DNA of 64,000 nucleotides from Octopus vulgaris (lineage: Eukaryota): NCBI GenBank assembly GCA_951406725.2, contig OX597831.1:27962001-28026000 (forward strand). Direction: 5' to 3'. Position numbers and translations under genes: made by a program. Position 1 is the stretch's first letter. Each line of letters begins with the position of its first letter. Of this stretch, positions 1-13,865 are shown one piece after another. The notes under the pieces were generated by a model, which was not told where the DNA came from, did no database searches, and saw nothing but the letters and a program-made list of their open reading frames with translations.

Positions 1-85
1 TTCATTGGACCAAAACTTCTTCAAGGCGGTGCCCCAGCATGGGTGCAATCTAATGACTAAAACAAATAAAAGATAAAAGATATAC

Positions 86-182
<97 letters not shown>

Positions 183-279
183 TTTCTTGTAAATGTTCCA
201 GTCATTAGACTGCGGTCATGCTGGAGTTCCGCCTTGAAAAAAGTTTAGAATTTTAGTGAAACGAATCGATATCCCAGTA

Positions 280-347
<68 letters not shown>

Positions 348-353
<6 letters not shown>

Positions 354-570
354 TAAATAAATGGAGTTGAACGCAGATGCTATTCAAATTCTTTGAATTT
401 GAATGGCATCTGCGTTCAACTCTATTTATTTACTTATACTTCACAAATTACTGCACATTAACCCGGAGTTTCTACCTTTGAATAGGTCGCTACATCCTTG
501 TTACTTGCGTGAATTTTGCTACCCTGGTTACTGTTTATTGAATTGTCCATGTTAACGGTAATTCATTCAT
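348..570 (+). mobile_element. Fold-back copy of the HHR-bearing repeat at 20659-20940
   Basis: 44-bp inverted arms (348-391 and 395-438, two mismatches); 395-570 aligns by eye with ~20745-20938; adjacent to (TA)n. Confidence 0.7.
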
Positions 571-1367
571 GCATATGTGAGCACAAGATGTCACAAAATG
601 TCTCTTCCAAGTAAGTTTTATCTTAATAATTTTGATGCGCACTCTATACGATCTTTTTATTCTTTCGTTTTTCTCTTTCTCTCTCTTATTCGTTTACCTC
701 CTCTTCTCCCATTATTCTATCCTATTACTCTGTCACTCTCTCACCCTCACTCCTCCCTTGCTCACGTGGCTCCCCACTGACCATCGACCATCTTTCTTTC
801 TCTCCGTTGTAGCTGGAACAAAGAAAACGTGTTCTTGTTTGTCTCCTGTCCAACTTGATTTACGCGTTCGCCACCACAACCTCATTTAGGCTTAGCAGCC
901 CTTCCTGCTTGTTTTCACTGTCTTGTTTGTGTTACCAATTTTGACCCTCCGCAAAATCCCAAATTTTATTTAATTTGCTTTGCGAGAGCAACTGTTTTAT
1001 CGAAAGCGTATATTGTTGTTAAACGCTCGAAATACGAGACTAGAAAAACAGCCAACAACTGATGAAGGTTCATTCTTTATGTTGTTTGTTTTGTTTTCCA
1101 TTTGTGTCTTTCGTTGTTCGAAAGAATAGTTCGTTTCATGTACTCGTGCTTCGTATTATTGTTGCACACGTTTCGTGACGTCCTGTGCCCCTATATGCAT
1201 TTAAATATATACGTATAGATAAATGTACATATACGTATGTATATATGCATATATATATATATATTTTTTTTTCTTTTTATTTATATTTCCTGAGCGCCAT
1301 ACTAATACAATTGTTTGTTTGTTTTCCACCTGCCTTCGTCTTTTGTCTATTTTCATAAAGCTTCCCG

Positions 1368-1427
<60 letters not shown>

Positions 1428-1505
1428 TAATTATTTGAGGGAATATTATTCCTAGCTTACAGGGAAAAATTCAATTTAGAAACACTAAATTAAATTTCAC
1501 GAAAT

Positions 1506-1565
<60 letters not shown>

Positions 1566-1928
1566 AATAAAAATATATATATAAAGAGACGAACACAGAA
1601 AACAGACAAGTCATTCGAAGTCTTTAATCTTCAGTCAGAAACCGGATCATCATAGCAAATTACGGCTGATTAATTCTGATATTTGCTCCAACACGGCCAG
1701 CCCCAAGGAAAAACTAAGCTGTGAGCATTAGATTTCTTTGGTAAAAGGAACGAATGTAAACGCAACAGAGACGAATATAAATACAAAAAACGAAAACAAA
1801 AATAAAAACAAGAATGGTTAACAGCAGGTGTCTTACGACTTTAGACAAAATGAGACAAAAATAACTTATCTGGCAGGCGTGGAAACAATTGCCTTTTCGG
1901 CAGAGGGGAAACGATGTTGAGCGGGCCG

Positions 1929-1993
<65 letters not shown>

Positions 1994-2140
1994 TAGAAAA
2001 AAACCACCTTTTATCAATTCAAAATAAACAATTAAATTACACCATCTAGAAAATTACATATAATAGAAATATGAAAATTAAAATAACAATAATATACCGA
2101 TGATTAAGTAAATTGCAAAATAATAAGAAAAAATATATAC

Positions 2141-2182
<42 letters not shown>

Positions 2183-2313
2183 TAAATATAAATAAACGTA
2201 TATATTTTTTCTTATTATTTTGCAATTTACTTAATCATCGGTATATTATTGTTATTTTAATTTTCATATTTATATATATATATATTCTATAGATCTATGT
2301 TTGCATGTATGTA

Positions 2314-2710
2314 TTCTTTTATTCTTTTAGTCATTTGACTGCAGCCATGCTGGAGCACCGCCTTTAGTCGAGTAAATCGACCCTAGGACTTAATCTTTGT
2401 AAGCCTAGTGCTTATTCTATCGGTCTCTTTTGCCGAACTGCTAAGTTATTGGGACGTAAATGCACCGGCATCAGTTGTCAAGCGATGTTGGGCGGGCAAA
2501 CACAGGCACACACAAACACATACACATATGTGTGTGTATATATATTTATACAACGGGATTCTTTTAGTTTCCGTCTACCAAATTCACTCACAAGGCTTTG
2601 GTCGGCCCGAAGCTATAGCAGAAGACACTTGCCCAGGGTGACATGCAGTGGGACTGAACCCGGAACTTTGTGGTTGGTAAGCAAGCTACTTACCACACAG
2701 ACACTCCTGC
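2314..2710 (-). mobile_element. SINE family A copy
   Basis: Reverse complement of the family A consensus, full length. Confidence 0.85.
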
Positions 2711-3134
2711 ACACACACACAAGCACATATATATATAATGTATGTATGTATGAGTGTATGTATTCTTTTATTCATTTATTTGTTTCAGTCATTTTGACTG
2801 CGGCCATGCTGGAGCACTGCCTTTAGTCGAACAAATCCACCGCAAGACTTATTCTTTCTTAGCCTAGTATTTATTCTATCGGTCACTTTTACCAAACTGC
2901 TAAGTTACGGTGAGGTAAAGTCACCAACATCGGTCGCCAAGCGATGATGTGGGGACAAACACAGACACACGAACATATACATACATACACAGATTCCGTC
3001 TACCAAATCCACTTGCAAGGCTTTGGTCGGCCCGAGGCTATAGCAGAAGATACCTGCCCAAGGTGCCACGCAGTGGGACTGACCCCACTTTTGGGGAAGC
3101 AAGCTTCTTACCACACACTGTCACGCCTGCACCT

Positions 3135-3852
3135 ATGTATATATGTATATGTCTGTATGTCTGTCTGTCTGTCTGTCTGCCTGTCTGTCTGTATGTATGT
3201 ATGTATGTATGTATGTATGTATGTATGTATGTATGTATGTATGTATGTATGTATGTATGTATGCATGTATGTATGTATGATTGTCTGCATATATGTATGT
3301 ATGAATATATGTATGTATGTATGTATGCATAAATGTATGCATGTATGTATGTATGAATATATGCATGCATGTATGTATGTATGTATGTATGTATGTATGT
3401 ATGTATGTATGCATGCATGCATGTATGTATGTATGTATGTATGTATGCATGTATATATGTATGCATGAATGTATGTATGTATGTATGTATGTATGTATGT
3501 ATGTATGTATGTATGTATGTATGAATATATGCATATATGTATGTATGAACGTATGCATGCATGCATGTATGTATGTATGTATGTATTATGTATGTATGTA
3601 TGTATGTATGTATTATGTATGCATGTATGTATGTATGTATGTATGTATGTATTATGTATGCATGTATGTATGCATGTATGTATGTATGTATGTATGTATG
3701 TATGTATGTATGTATGAATATATGCATATATGTATGTATGAACGTATGCATGCATGTATGTATGTATGTATTATGTATGTATGTATGTATGTATGAATAT
3801 ATGCATATATGTATGTATGAATGTATGCATGCATGTATGTATGCATGTATAT
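3135..3852. repeat. (TATG)n compound microsatellite
   Basis: Direct reading; many similar TA/TG/TATG/GATA tracts occur throughout the window. Confidence 0.95.
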
Positions 3853-4717
3853 GAGTGGGTTTGTGCTTGTTCCCCACCACCACCACCACCACTTGACAGC
3901 CGGTGTTGGTTTGTTTACATCGCACTAACTACTTCGGCAAAAGGGACCGATAGAATAAGTAGCTGGCTTGAAAAGAATAAATAAGCTCTGGAGTTTGATT
4001 TGTTCAACTAAAACCCAGCCAAGCCGGTACCCCAGCATGGCCGCAGTCCAATGATTGAAGCAATTAAAAAAGATAAAAGACATACATTTGTGCGTCTGAT
4101 ATACGAGAATATCAGGTGTCTCAGGTGTCCAAGAGTTTACATTTGAAGGAATGGGTGCGCATCGTGTGCGCGCGTGTATGTGCGTGGGCGCGTGTGTACG
4201 TGACGCACGCGCGCCTGTAGGTAATACACTGTTAGCTAAATGTCATTGACCACTATTTTAGTAGGTGGAGTTAAAATAAATACAAATAATGACACATCTC
4301 TTTATATATACAGGCACATTCGATATACATACATGTCCGTTTTTGCGTGTGTATACGTGTACGTGTGTGCGAGTGCGTTTGCGTATGTATATGTGTGTTT
4401 GTGTGAATATAATTAAGTCGCTGTTAAAAATATTTCAATTCATAAATCAAAGGTACGTTGATTAAGATTACACCTGCAGTGGGAAGGGGAAAAAAGAAAA
4501 GAAATACATTCGTGCAGAAGGCGTCCCTAGACAATCTGCACTCCGACAGTGTCATCTTTTATACACACACACACAGAGTCACATATATTTATATATTTTA
4601 TGTTTATGTTTATGTTTTCCAGTTTCAGCTCTTGAGCTGTGGCCATGCTGGGGCACCGCCATTGTATATATGTATATATGTATATATATTGTACATATGT
4701 ATATATGTATATATGTA

Positions 4718-4778
<61 letters not shown>

Positions 4779-4993
4779 ATAAAATGCTTGCGTAATCACA
4801 AGATTGCGTGTGGGGAGAGCACAATGTGCGTGCGTGCGCGCGCGAATGTGTGTGCATGAGTAAGAGGAAAAGCGAGAGGGGAAGCGAATGTCTGTTTATG
4901 AATGGCTGACTGTTCGCATGTTAGCTAAGCATTAAAGCGCGCGTGTGTACGTGTGTGTGTGTGTACGTAAACAAACATGCATACATATATGTG

Positions 4994-5025
<32 letters not shown>

Positions 5026-6389
5026 GATATCTATATATATATATATATACATAAACAAATATACATACATAAACAAACATGCATACATACATACATACAT
5101 ACATACATACATACGTATGTGTGTGTGTATGTACAGTATAGTATAGTATAATATGGTTCTAGGTTCTCACCAGATGTGGTAAACGGAAACTGAAAAGAAG
5201 CCCGTCATGTGTGTGTGTGTTTGCGTGTGTGTGCCTGCGTGTGTGTGTGTGCGTGCGTGTGTGTGCCTGCGTGTGTGTCTGTGTTTGTCTCCCACCATCA
5301 CTTGACAACGGGTGTTGATATGATTACGTCCCCGTAATCTAAAGGTTCGGCAAAACAGTCCGAGAGAATAAGTGCCAAGCTTTTCGACAAAATATGTACC
5401 GGGGTCGATTCATTCATTCGACTAAAATGTCCTCAAGGCAGTGCTCCAGCGTGGCTGCAGTCTAATGACTGTGATAAGTAAATGATAAAATATATAATGT
5501 ACCTTACTGTACTTAGTGTAATGTAGTATAGTACAGTGTAATATAGGGTGATGTTGTATGGTGTAGTGTAGTCATGTATGAACTATTAGTTAAGAAGTTC
5601 ATTTAGTAGGTATGAGGTTCCACCCGGTTTCGATCCCGCTGCAGAGCACTTTGAGTAGTTTCTTTTACGACAGTCACAAGTAGACAGAAATCTTATGAAT
5701 GAAACTGGAGCGAAGGAAACAGTACGGAAGCTTGCTAGATGGTTTGTATCTGTAACCCTTAAATCTAGTTTTGTCTCACCCCTTCGTCCTTCTGAATACT
5801 CGGCCACTTGCGTTGCTGGTAACATGTGATATAGAACAGCTTGTTGGACGGTCGGATCGTAGGCGACTAAACTGGTAACCCCGCCAAACTTACTTAGTGA
5901 GGAGGGTGATTTTTGGACACCTTGCGAATTAAAAACAAGACCCGTCAAAGGACGGAGGAACTCAGGAGAATCATCGGCCATCGAATATAGCCATGGGTAG
6001 ATGGTACCCACCCTTGAAGACAATCCATAAAGGGGAAGGAAATCTGTGAAATAAACACCGTTCATTGAAAACTTGCAATCAGCTGATAATGTTTTGGACT
6101 AAAAATTATGACATGAAGATGTTCTAGTTTCGCCTAGTTTCGACTAATAATAATGATAACAATAATCATTTCTACTAAAAGCACAAAGTCTGGAATTTGG
6201 GGCAGGGGACTAGCCGGTTACATCGACCCCAGTGTTTCACTGGTACTTAATTTATCGACCCTGAAAGGATGAAAGGCAAAGTCGACCACGGTAGAATTTG
6301 AACTCAGAACGTAAAGACAGACGAAATGCCGCTAAGCATTTTCCCCGCTGTGCTAATGATTCAGCCAGCTCGTCGCCTTAATAATAATA

Positions 6390-6443
<54 letters not shown>

Positions 6444-6890
6444 GGCGTAGGAGTGGTTGTGTGGTAAGTGGGTTGCTTACGAACCACATGGTTCCGAGTT
6501 TAGTCCCACTGCGTGGCACCTTGGGCAAGTGTCTTCTACTATAGTTTCAGGCCGACCAAAGCCTTGTGAGTGGATTTGGTAGACGGAAACTGAAAGAAGC
6601 TCGTAGTATATATATATTTATATATATATATATATATGTGGTGTGTGTGGTGTGTGTGTGTGTGTGTGTGTTTATGTATATGTTTGTGTGTCTGTGTTTG
6701 TTCTCCTAACATCGCTTGACAACCGATGCTGGTGTGTTTACCTCACCGTAACTTAGCGGTTTTGTAAAAGTAACCGATAGAATAAGTACTAGGCTAACAA
6801 AGAATTAATCCTGGGGTTGATTTGCTCGACTAAAGGCGATGCTCCAGCATGGCAACAGTCAAATGACTGAAACAAGTAAAAGAAAAAAGA
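6444..6890 (+). mobile_element. tRNA-derived SINE family A, full-length copy
   Basis: Family head TGGCTGTGTGG..GGTTCAGTCCC (A/B boxes, slightly diverged here), internal TA/TG microsatellite, tail aaggcggtgctccagcatggccgcagtcaaatgactgaaacaagtaaaaga. About 20 full or partial copies in the window, e.g. 1-80, 2770-3130, 3855-4080, 5175-5490, 10790-10980, 26090-26605, 30480-31110, 35880-36035, 40110-40290, 49505-50405, 61047-61200. Confidence 0.85.
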
Positions 6891-7311
6891 AAATAATAAA
6901 GAGGGACTAATTTATCATAGGTTGTGTTATGTTGATTGTCTCAGGATTACGTTAATGTTACACGTTTCTGTGAAATACTCAATCACTTTACAATAATCTG
7001 GCAGTAGATAGGATAGGCGATTGAACCGGTGGAATAATTGATCATTTTTTGTTTTGTTTTTAAAGAGTGAAGCGATGTTGTTTTTGTTGTGATTGTTGTT
7101 TAACCCCGGGTCTCTCCTGACTGAGTAAGTCTTTGACCAAATGTGTTCCATCTATGACATTCATTGTTTTGTATGGTTTAGGTCAATGCGACTCATTGGC
7201 AGTTGTCAGAGGGTCGGCATAGTTGGCTTTCTGGTGATCGTCTTGGTTCTCTGAGAAAATTCCACCGACGTATACTTTGCTTTTCATCCTTTCGGGGTGG
7301 GGGCTGTAACT

Positions 7312-7385
<74 letters not shown>

Positions 7386-9409
7386 TGTCAATCAGACTTT
7401 CTCTCTTCTGCAAAAAATTGACTGTGATCCGATCACGAGTGGGATGGGATCCACCAAAACTAAAAATTCCCAAGGTATTGCACATGTTACGACGGCATCA
7501 CTACGATTCCGTCAAGGAGTTGAGACTTCAAGGCATGGCAAAGCAGAATTTTGATCTACGTTTTCACTGATGTAATATGGAAGTAGAAGGGTTGTCTTTA
7601 TGTCCTTCATAGGGTCTCCGAGGCCGAGGAGATGACGGAAGAAAGCAATTCACGTTTGTCTTGAATATTTTCCTGTCTAGAACTGCAGGAAAAAAAAAAC
7701 CATGAACAGTGAGGTGATCCCAGAGGGACGTCGGGAAATAACGGTTCACGCGGGGCCTGGAATAGTGTTCACAATATGTAGATGTGACTGATTCAAGAGT
7801 ACCTGAGTCGAGGTGACACAACACCAACTATGATGGTCACTGTAAGCACTGGGGTCGATCTAATCGACTTAATCCCTTTGTCTGTCCTTGTTTGTCCCCT
7901 CTATGTTTAGCCTCTTGTGGGCAATAAAGAAATAAGAAAGAAGTGACAGCTTATTTGTGACTCAGCGGTTGGATATGTTGATGAGTGACATCATGTCAAT
8001 CTGTCGAATGATGTCAATCTAGTCTAGGTGCAGTGAAGGAGGCACGGCTGTTATTTCTAACAGGTCGGGTGAATGTGTAAAGGTATCCTTATTGGAGTGA
8101 CGTATGGTGGAGTGTTAAGTACAAGATTTGGTCGAATCCCAGTCTCTCAAACCATGCTCTTACGTTGGTGTAGAGATGTGAAAGACAGATATTTGTATAG
8201 GCATGTTTGTGTGTCAGAGTGTGTCTGTATGTGTGTGTGTGTGTGTGTGCATATGTATGTGTGTGTGTGTGTGTGTTTGTGTGTGTGCTTCAATATGTGA
8301 CGAATGACCAGGCACAATCATGGCAAACGTGTAAAATTCACAATAATATTCCTTTTTAAAAGTAACAAATGATAAGAAATGAAAAAACAAAAAAAAAAGA
8401 AAGTAAAAAAAAAAAAACTTGCAACAGTTTGTTAACGAAGAAAGACGAAAGAAAACGGAGAGAGACGAAGTGAGACGAGAAAGGACGAAAGAGACAAAAA
8501 TGGAGAAAACTAAAACAAATGAAAAAGAATTAAAGACTTTACCTGTTAGGAGAGAGAAGAGGCTAAATTTCCCGTTGCCTTTCGCGTGACAGACGTTCGA
8601 TGTACTTCCGTTTTCCACGAGAAATTCGGTAATCTTATTGTACAAACAGAGTAACAGAGCCAGGAAGCCATTCTCTAGCAGACGACACATATATATGTAT
8701 GCATTTACACACATTTACAAACACACATATATATGTATGCACTCACACATACATATATGTATATATATATACACACATATAAACACACTCACATAAACCT
8801 ACGCATTTATACGCACACACTTAAATATTCATATGCGTGTTTATGTGTCATAGAGAAATATAGACGTGTAAATATATGTATTGTTGTGCGTTCGTACATT
8901 TCTTTAAAAACAGTATGTATATATATATGTGTGTGTGTGTGTGTGTGCGTGTTTGTGTATGTGTATATATCTATGTGTATATGTGTTTTGTGTGTGCCCA
9001 GGGAAGTATAATGGATATAGGGATATAAAATTAGAGTTTATGTTGAAGTGTATGTGTGTGTGCATGTATAGATGTATACATATTGACGTGTGTTTGTATG
9101 TGTGGATTACGTGTGTGTATATATGTGTGTGTGTGTGTATGAGTGTTCGTGTACGTACGTACGTACGTATAAATTTACATATGAATACAAGTGTGCATAT
9201 ATAAGATTGACAAAGGCTATATACACATGTCTCTTAACATACGTGTAACATATAATATACACGTCAAACGACTTCTCCAATTTGCTTGTTGCCTCGAAAT
9301 AGAACAGACAGGGGTAGAAGAAGGGCAAGGGCGCGTTTGAAATTTGTTCAACAGCGTGCTTCACTATGCCTGAGTATACGGGTGTATGTGTGTATGTATC
9401 CTGGTATTA

Positions 9410-9448
<39 letters not shown>

Positions 9449-10083
9449 GTATTTGTTTATGGGCGTGTGTATATAGGTGTGTGTATATGATGGTGTGCAT
9501 GAGAGCGCATGTATGTGTATGTGCGCGCGCATGTATGTGTATGTATGCGCGCGCATGTGTGTGTTTCTGTGCACACTTGTTTGTGTGTATATATATGTGT
9601 GTGTGTGTATGTATGTATGTATGTATGTATATATATGCAATAACAGTACCCTTCTGTATACGTATGTCTATATATATATATATATATATATATTCGTGTA
9701 GCTATCTATCTATCTATATATATATAATACACATATATATATATATACTATACACACACAAACATATATATATGTGTGTGTGTGTGTGTATCTTTGCATG
9801 TGTTTGTGCCTGTGCGTCTGTGTGTGTGTATGTGTGTGCGTGTGTCTCTTTCCGTACATATCTACGTATATGTGTATGGACTGTATGCGTTTACGTAATA
9901 ACAGCATTCTTTGGGTCAGGCCGTTAATTATAAAGACATGTGTGTTTATAGAGACGTGCAAAAGCCTGTGTGTATACGTCTATGTGAGTATACGAGTGCG
10001 TGTATATGTCTGTGAATATGTGTTTGCGTGCGCACACACAACTGCGTATTTGTGTGTATAAGTGTGTAAGGCATCATAAAATT

Positions 10084-10130
<47 letters not shown>

Positions 10131-10256
10131 CATATATACATATATGCATACATATATATACAAATATATATATATATTTGGTTTCATGAATGTAAATGTT
10201 TACATGTGTAGGTATGTACGTGAGTGGGTATGTGTTTGTGTGTGTGCGTGCGTGTG

Positions 10257-10313
<57 letters not shown>

Positions 10314-10461
10314 AACGAATGGTTATGCTATATGTGAATACAATTCTAAATGAGAATTATTTTACGTCTTACCGAAGGTCACACCAACGTAGAAACCCTA
10401 CCCGCCCTTCTTCTCTCCTTACTCACCCTCTCTCTCTCTCCACCTTTATTCCTTGTCACTT

Positions 10462-10497
<36 letters not shown>

Positions 10498-10596
10498 CCA
10501 CCCTCTCTCTCTCTCTCTCTATCATAAACACACACATGCACACTAACACACACACAGACACACACAAACATATATACACACACATACAGATATATA

Positions 10597-10679
<83 letters not shown>

Positions 10680-11179
10680 GTGTTATGTGGCACAGCAAAA
10701 AAAGAAATGAGTGCACATCAAGAAAAAAATTATACAATAAAAAATTTTTCTCTGTGTATATATAAATATACATATCTTTTATCTAATATCTTTTACTTGT
10801 TTCAGTCAATAGACTGCGGCCATGCTGGGGTACCGCCTGGAAGAATTGTCAGTCGAATGTATCGACCCCAGTACTTTTTTTTTTTTATAAGCCTAGTACT
10901 TATTCTAAGTGACAGGGATGTAAACACACCAGCACTGGTTGTCAAGCAGTGGTGGTGGGACAACACAGAAACAAAAACATACACACATAGCTATATATAT
11001 ATATATATATATACAAAAATGGGACAAGAACGCAAAACATCCAAAAACAGTTAGGTGATACAAAAAAGGGACAACAAAACATCCAGATAGACGATACAAA
11101 GAAAACAAGAACGGGTCATTCGGAGTTTTCTATCTTTAGTCGAGTTCCAGATTATCTTTGCAATATATATATATATATA

Positions 11180-11655
11180 GGCGCAGGAGTGGCTGTGTGG
11201 CAAGTTTCACCCTTTATATTTGTCTGTCCTTGTTTGTCCCCTCTTTGTAAATGCCTAAATGGCAAATTATATGAAATAAAGTAGCTTGCTAACCAACCAC
11301 ATGGTTGCGGGTTCAGTCCCACTGCGTGGCATCTTGGGCAAGTGTCTTCTGCTATAGCCCCGGGCCGACCAATGATTGTGAGTGGATTTGGTAGACGGAA
11401 ACTGAAAGAAGCCTGTCGTATATATGTATATATGTTTGTGTGTGTGTTTGTGTGTCTGTGTTTGTCCCCCTAGCATTGCTTGACAACCGATGCTGGTGTG
11501 TTTACGTCCCCGTCACTTAGCGGTTCGGCAAAAGAGACCGATAGAATAAGTACTGGGCTTACAAAGAATAAGTCCCGGTGTCGATTTGTTCGACTAAAGG
11601 CGGTGCTCCAGCACGGCCGCAGTCAAATGACTGAAACAAGTAAAAGAGTAAAAGA
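11180..11655 (+). mobile_element. SINE family A copy with a short insert in the head
   Basis: Matches family A; ~70-bp interruption after the A box. Confidence 0.8.
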
Positions 11656-11924
11656 GTATAGGTATATATACATATATACACATATAGACGGCGGGTTTCT
11701 TTCAAATCCACTCACAAGGTTTTGGTCGGCCCAAGGCTATAGTAGAAGACACTTGCCCAAGGTGTCACGCAGTCGGACTGAACCTGAACCATATGGTTGG
11801 GAAGCAAGCTTCTTACCACACTTTCACACCTCCGCCTATACATACATACATACATACATACATACATACATACATACATACATACATACGTACATACATA
11901 CATACATACATGCATACATACATA

Positions 11925-12101
11925 GATCGGTAGCCACTACACACACATTTTTTTCTCTCCTTGTTTTTTTTGTGTCCCTTTTTGTAGAAGAGCGTAGGCT
12001 CGAAACGTAAATGTCTTTTTCAATTCCTGAGCGTTATACTAATACGTCTGTTAGTTTTCTACACCACCTGTCTTCGTATTTTGTCTTTTTTCGTGAACTC
12101 T

Positions 12102-12105
<4 letters not shown>
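11925..12105 (+). mobile_element. Short microsatellite-flanked repeat with variant minimal HHR-like motif
   Basis: TTGTAGA-A-GAGC(GTAG)GCTC-GAAA-CGTA at ~11982-12010. Reverse copy at 62467-62645; related pieces at 1280-1370, 24578-24620 and 28330-28535. Confidence 0.55.
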
Positions 12106-12167
<62 letters not shown>

Positions 12168-12271
12168 TGCATATATATACATATATATATCTATATAAAA
12201 GTATATACTCTTTTACCTGTTTCAGCCATGCGGCACCACATATATATGTGTATATATATATATACATTTTG

Positions 12272-12323
<52 letters not shown>

Positions 12324-12331
12324 TTATATAA

Positions 12332-12508
<177 letters not shown>

Positions 12509-12814
12509 TAGGGGCGGAGATCATCTGAATAGATCACAAATTTGTTCTATTTGATACACATCTCTCTGTCTACGTGTGTGTTTGTATGTATAGTATTTAG
12601 GCTTGTATGTATGTTTATGTGTATATATTGATTTCAAATCTTTGCACAAGGCCAGAAGTTTCGTTCCCAGTGCTCGGCTGATACTTATTTTATAGCTTTC
12701 GAAAGGATGAAAATCAAAGTTGACCTTTGTGGGATTTGAATTCAAGCGTAAATACGGATGAAATGCCGCTAAGCATTTTGTTCGGCATGATAACGAATCT
12801 TCCAGCTCGCCGCC

Positions 12815-12879
<65 letters not shown>

Positions 12880-12899
12880 AGCTGTTGTTGTCTCGTGTG

Positions 12900-13865
12900 A
12901 TGTCTGTAACACCTCCATGGTTATACTAAAGAACTAATTGATGTATTCCACGCTAGCTTCATGAATTGTTTAACTCCCTGCCCGACCCCATAAAAACAGA
13001 CACGCCGAGATGAAAGGGGCCACACAGTGCAACATTAGGCGGTTTGTGTGATATAGTGATGCGTCAAATGCTGAATATATAGGGGATTCACAACATCCTA
13101 TTCAATGCAGGTTAGCTTAGCCGCTGTTCTATCACATCTTAGCTTCAACATATTTTGAAAATTCTTACTGCTTTCTGGTTAAACGATAAAAGACGTGTAA
13201 TCTCACCAGGTTTCGTTTAGTGTTGAAATATTTTCTTACGGGTTTATGGAAAGCGGAAACTGAAAACAGGGATCTTCTTTGTAGACCTCTCAGCAATATT
13301 GTCTGGTACCTAGATTTCATATTGAAACTTACCAAAATCATGAAATGCAAGAAAATCCTTAAATCTTTAAACAAAATCACCGGAAATAGAACTTATTCCT
13401 GTAATTGAGGGAAAACACTAGGAGGACCAGGGTTAAAACAGAGTCTTTCAAAGGTCGATCCTATCAGAAGCAAACAATATTAAACTCTCCCGCTAGATTC
13501 CTAAGAATGACCAACAGAGATTTTGGATATTATCCAGCCATCTCATTCTTAGTCTACCCCTAGGTCTCCTATCGGTCGTCTAAGCTTGAAGAATCCGTCT
13601 TGAGATTCTTTCTAGCGACATTCAAATCACATGTCCGTTGTACTGGAGTTGTGACTTTCAATATAGGAAAACAGCAACTTGACTTGGAGCCGAGCTCCGC
13701 ACCGTGGCGAGTAACGTTATTCCAGAGAACTTTTGGAGGATTCCCTTTTCGGCTGCTTATATTCGCGACTGTACTCTTTCGGTCATTACCAAACATTAAT
13801 GACCGCAGTTGTAGATAAGCACGGAAACTGAATTGAAAACGGGCGAGTTTGGCGTTTTCTTTCCC
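12900..13865 (-). mobile_element. Inverted sister copy of the 43080-44101 RTE-like fragment
   Basis: Colinear reverse-complement similarity over ~1 kb. Confidence 0.7.

Noticed and set aside
348-438. Pre-miRNA hairpin
   Set aside because: Better explained as a fold-back of a dispersed repeat; 3-nt loop and no expression evidence.
2944-3984. Long MYVC/HTYI/YI-repeat ORFs here and throughout the window
   Set aside because: Microsatellite translations.
5586-6065. 159-aa minus-strand ORF
   Set aside because: Overlaps a SINE remnant and a dispersed repeat; no recognisable domain.
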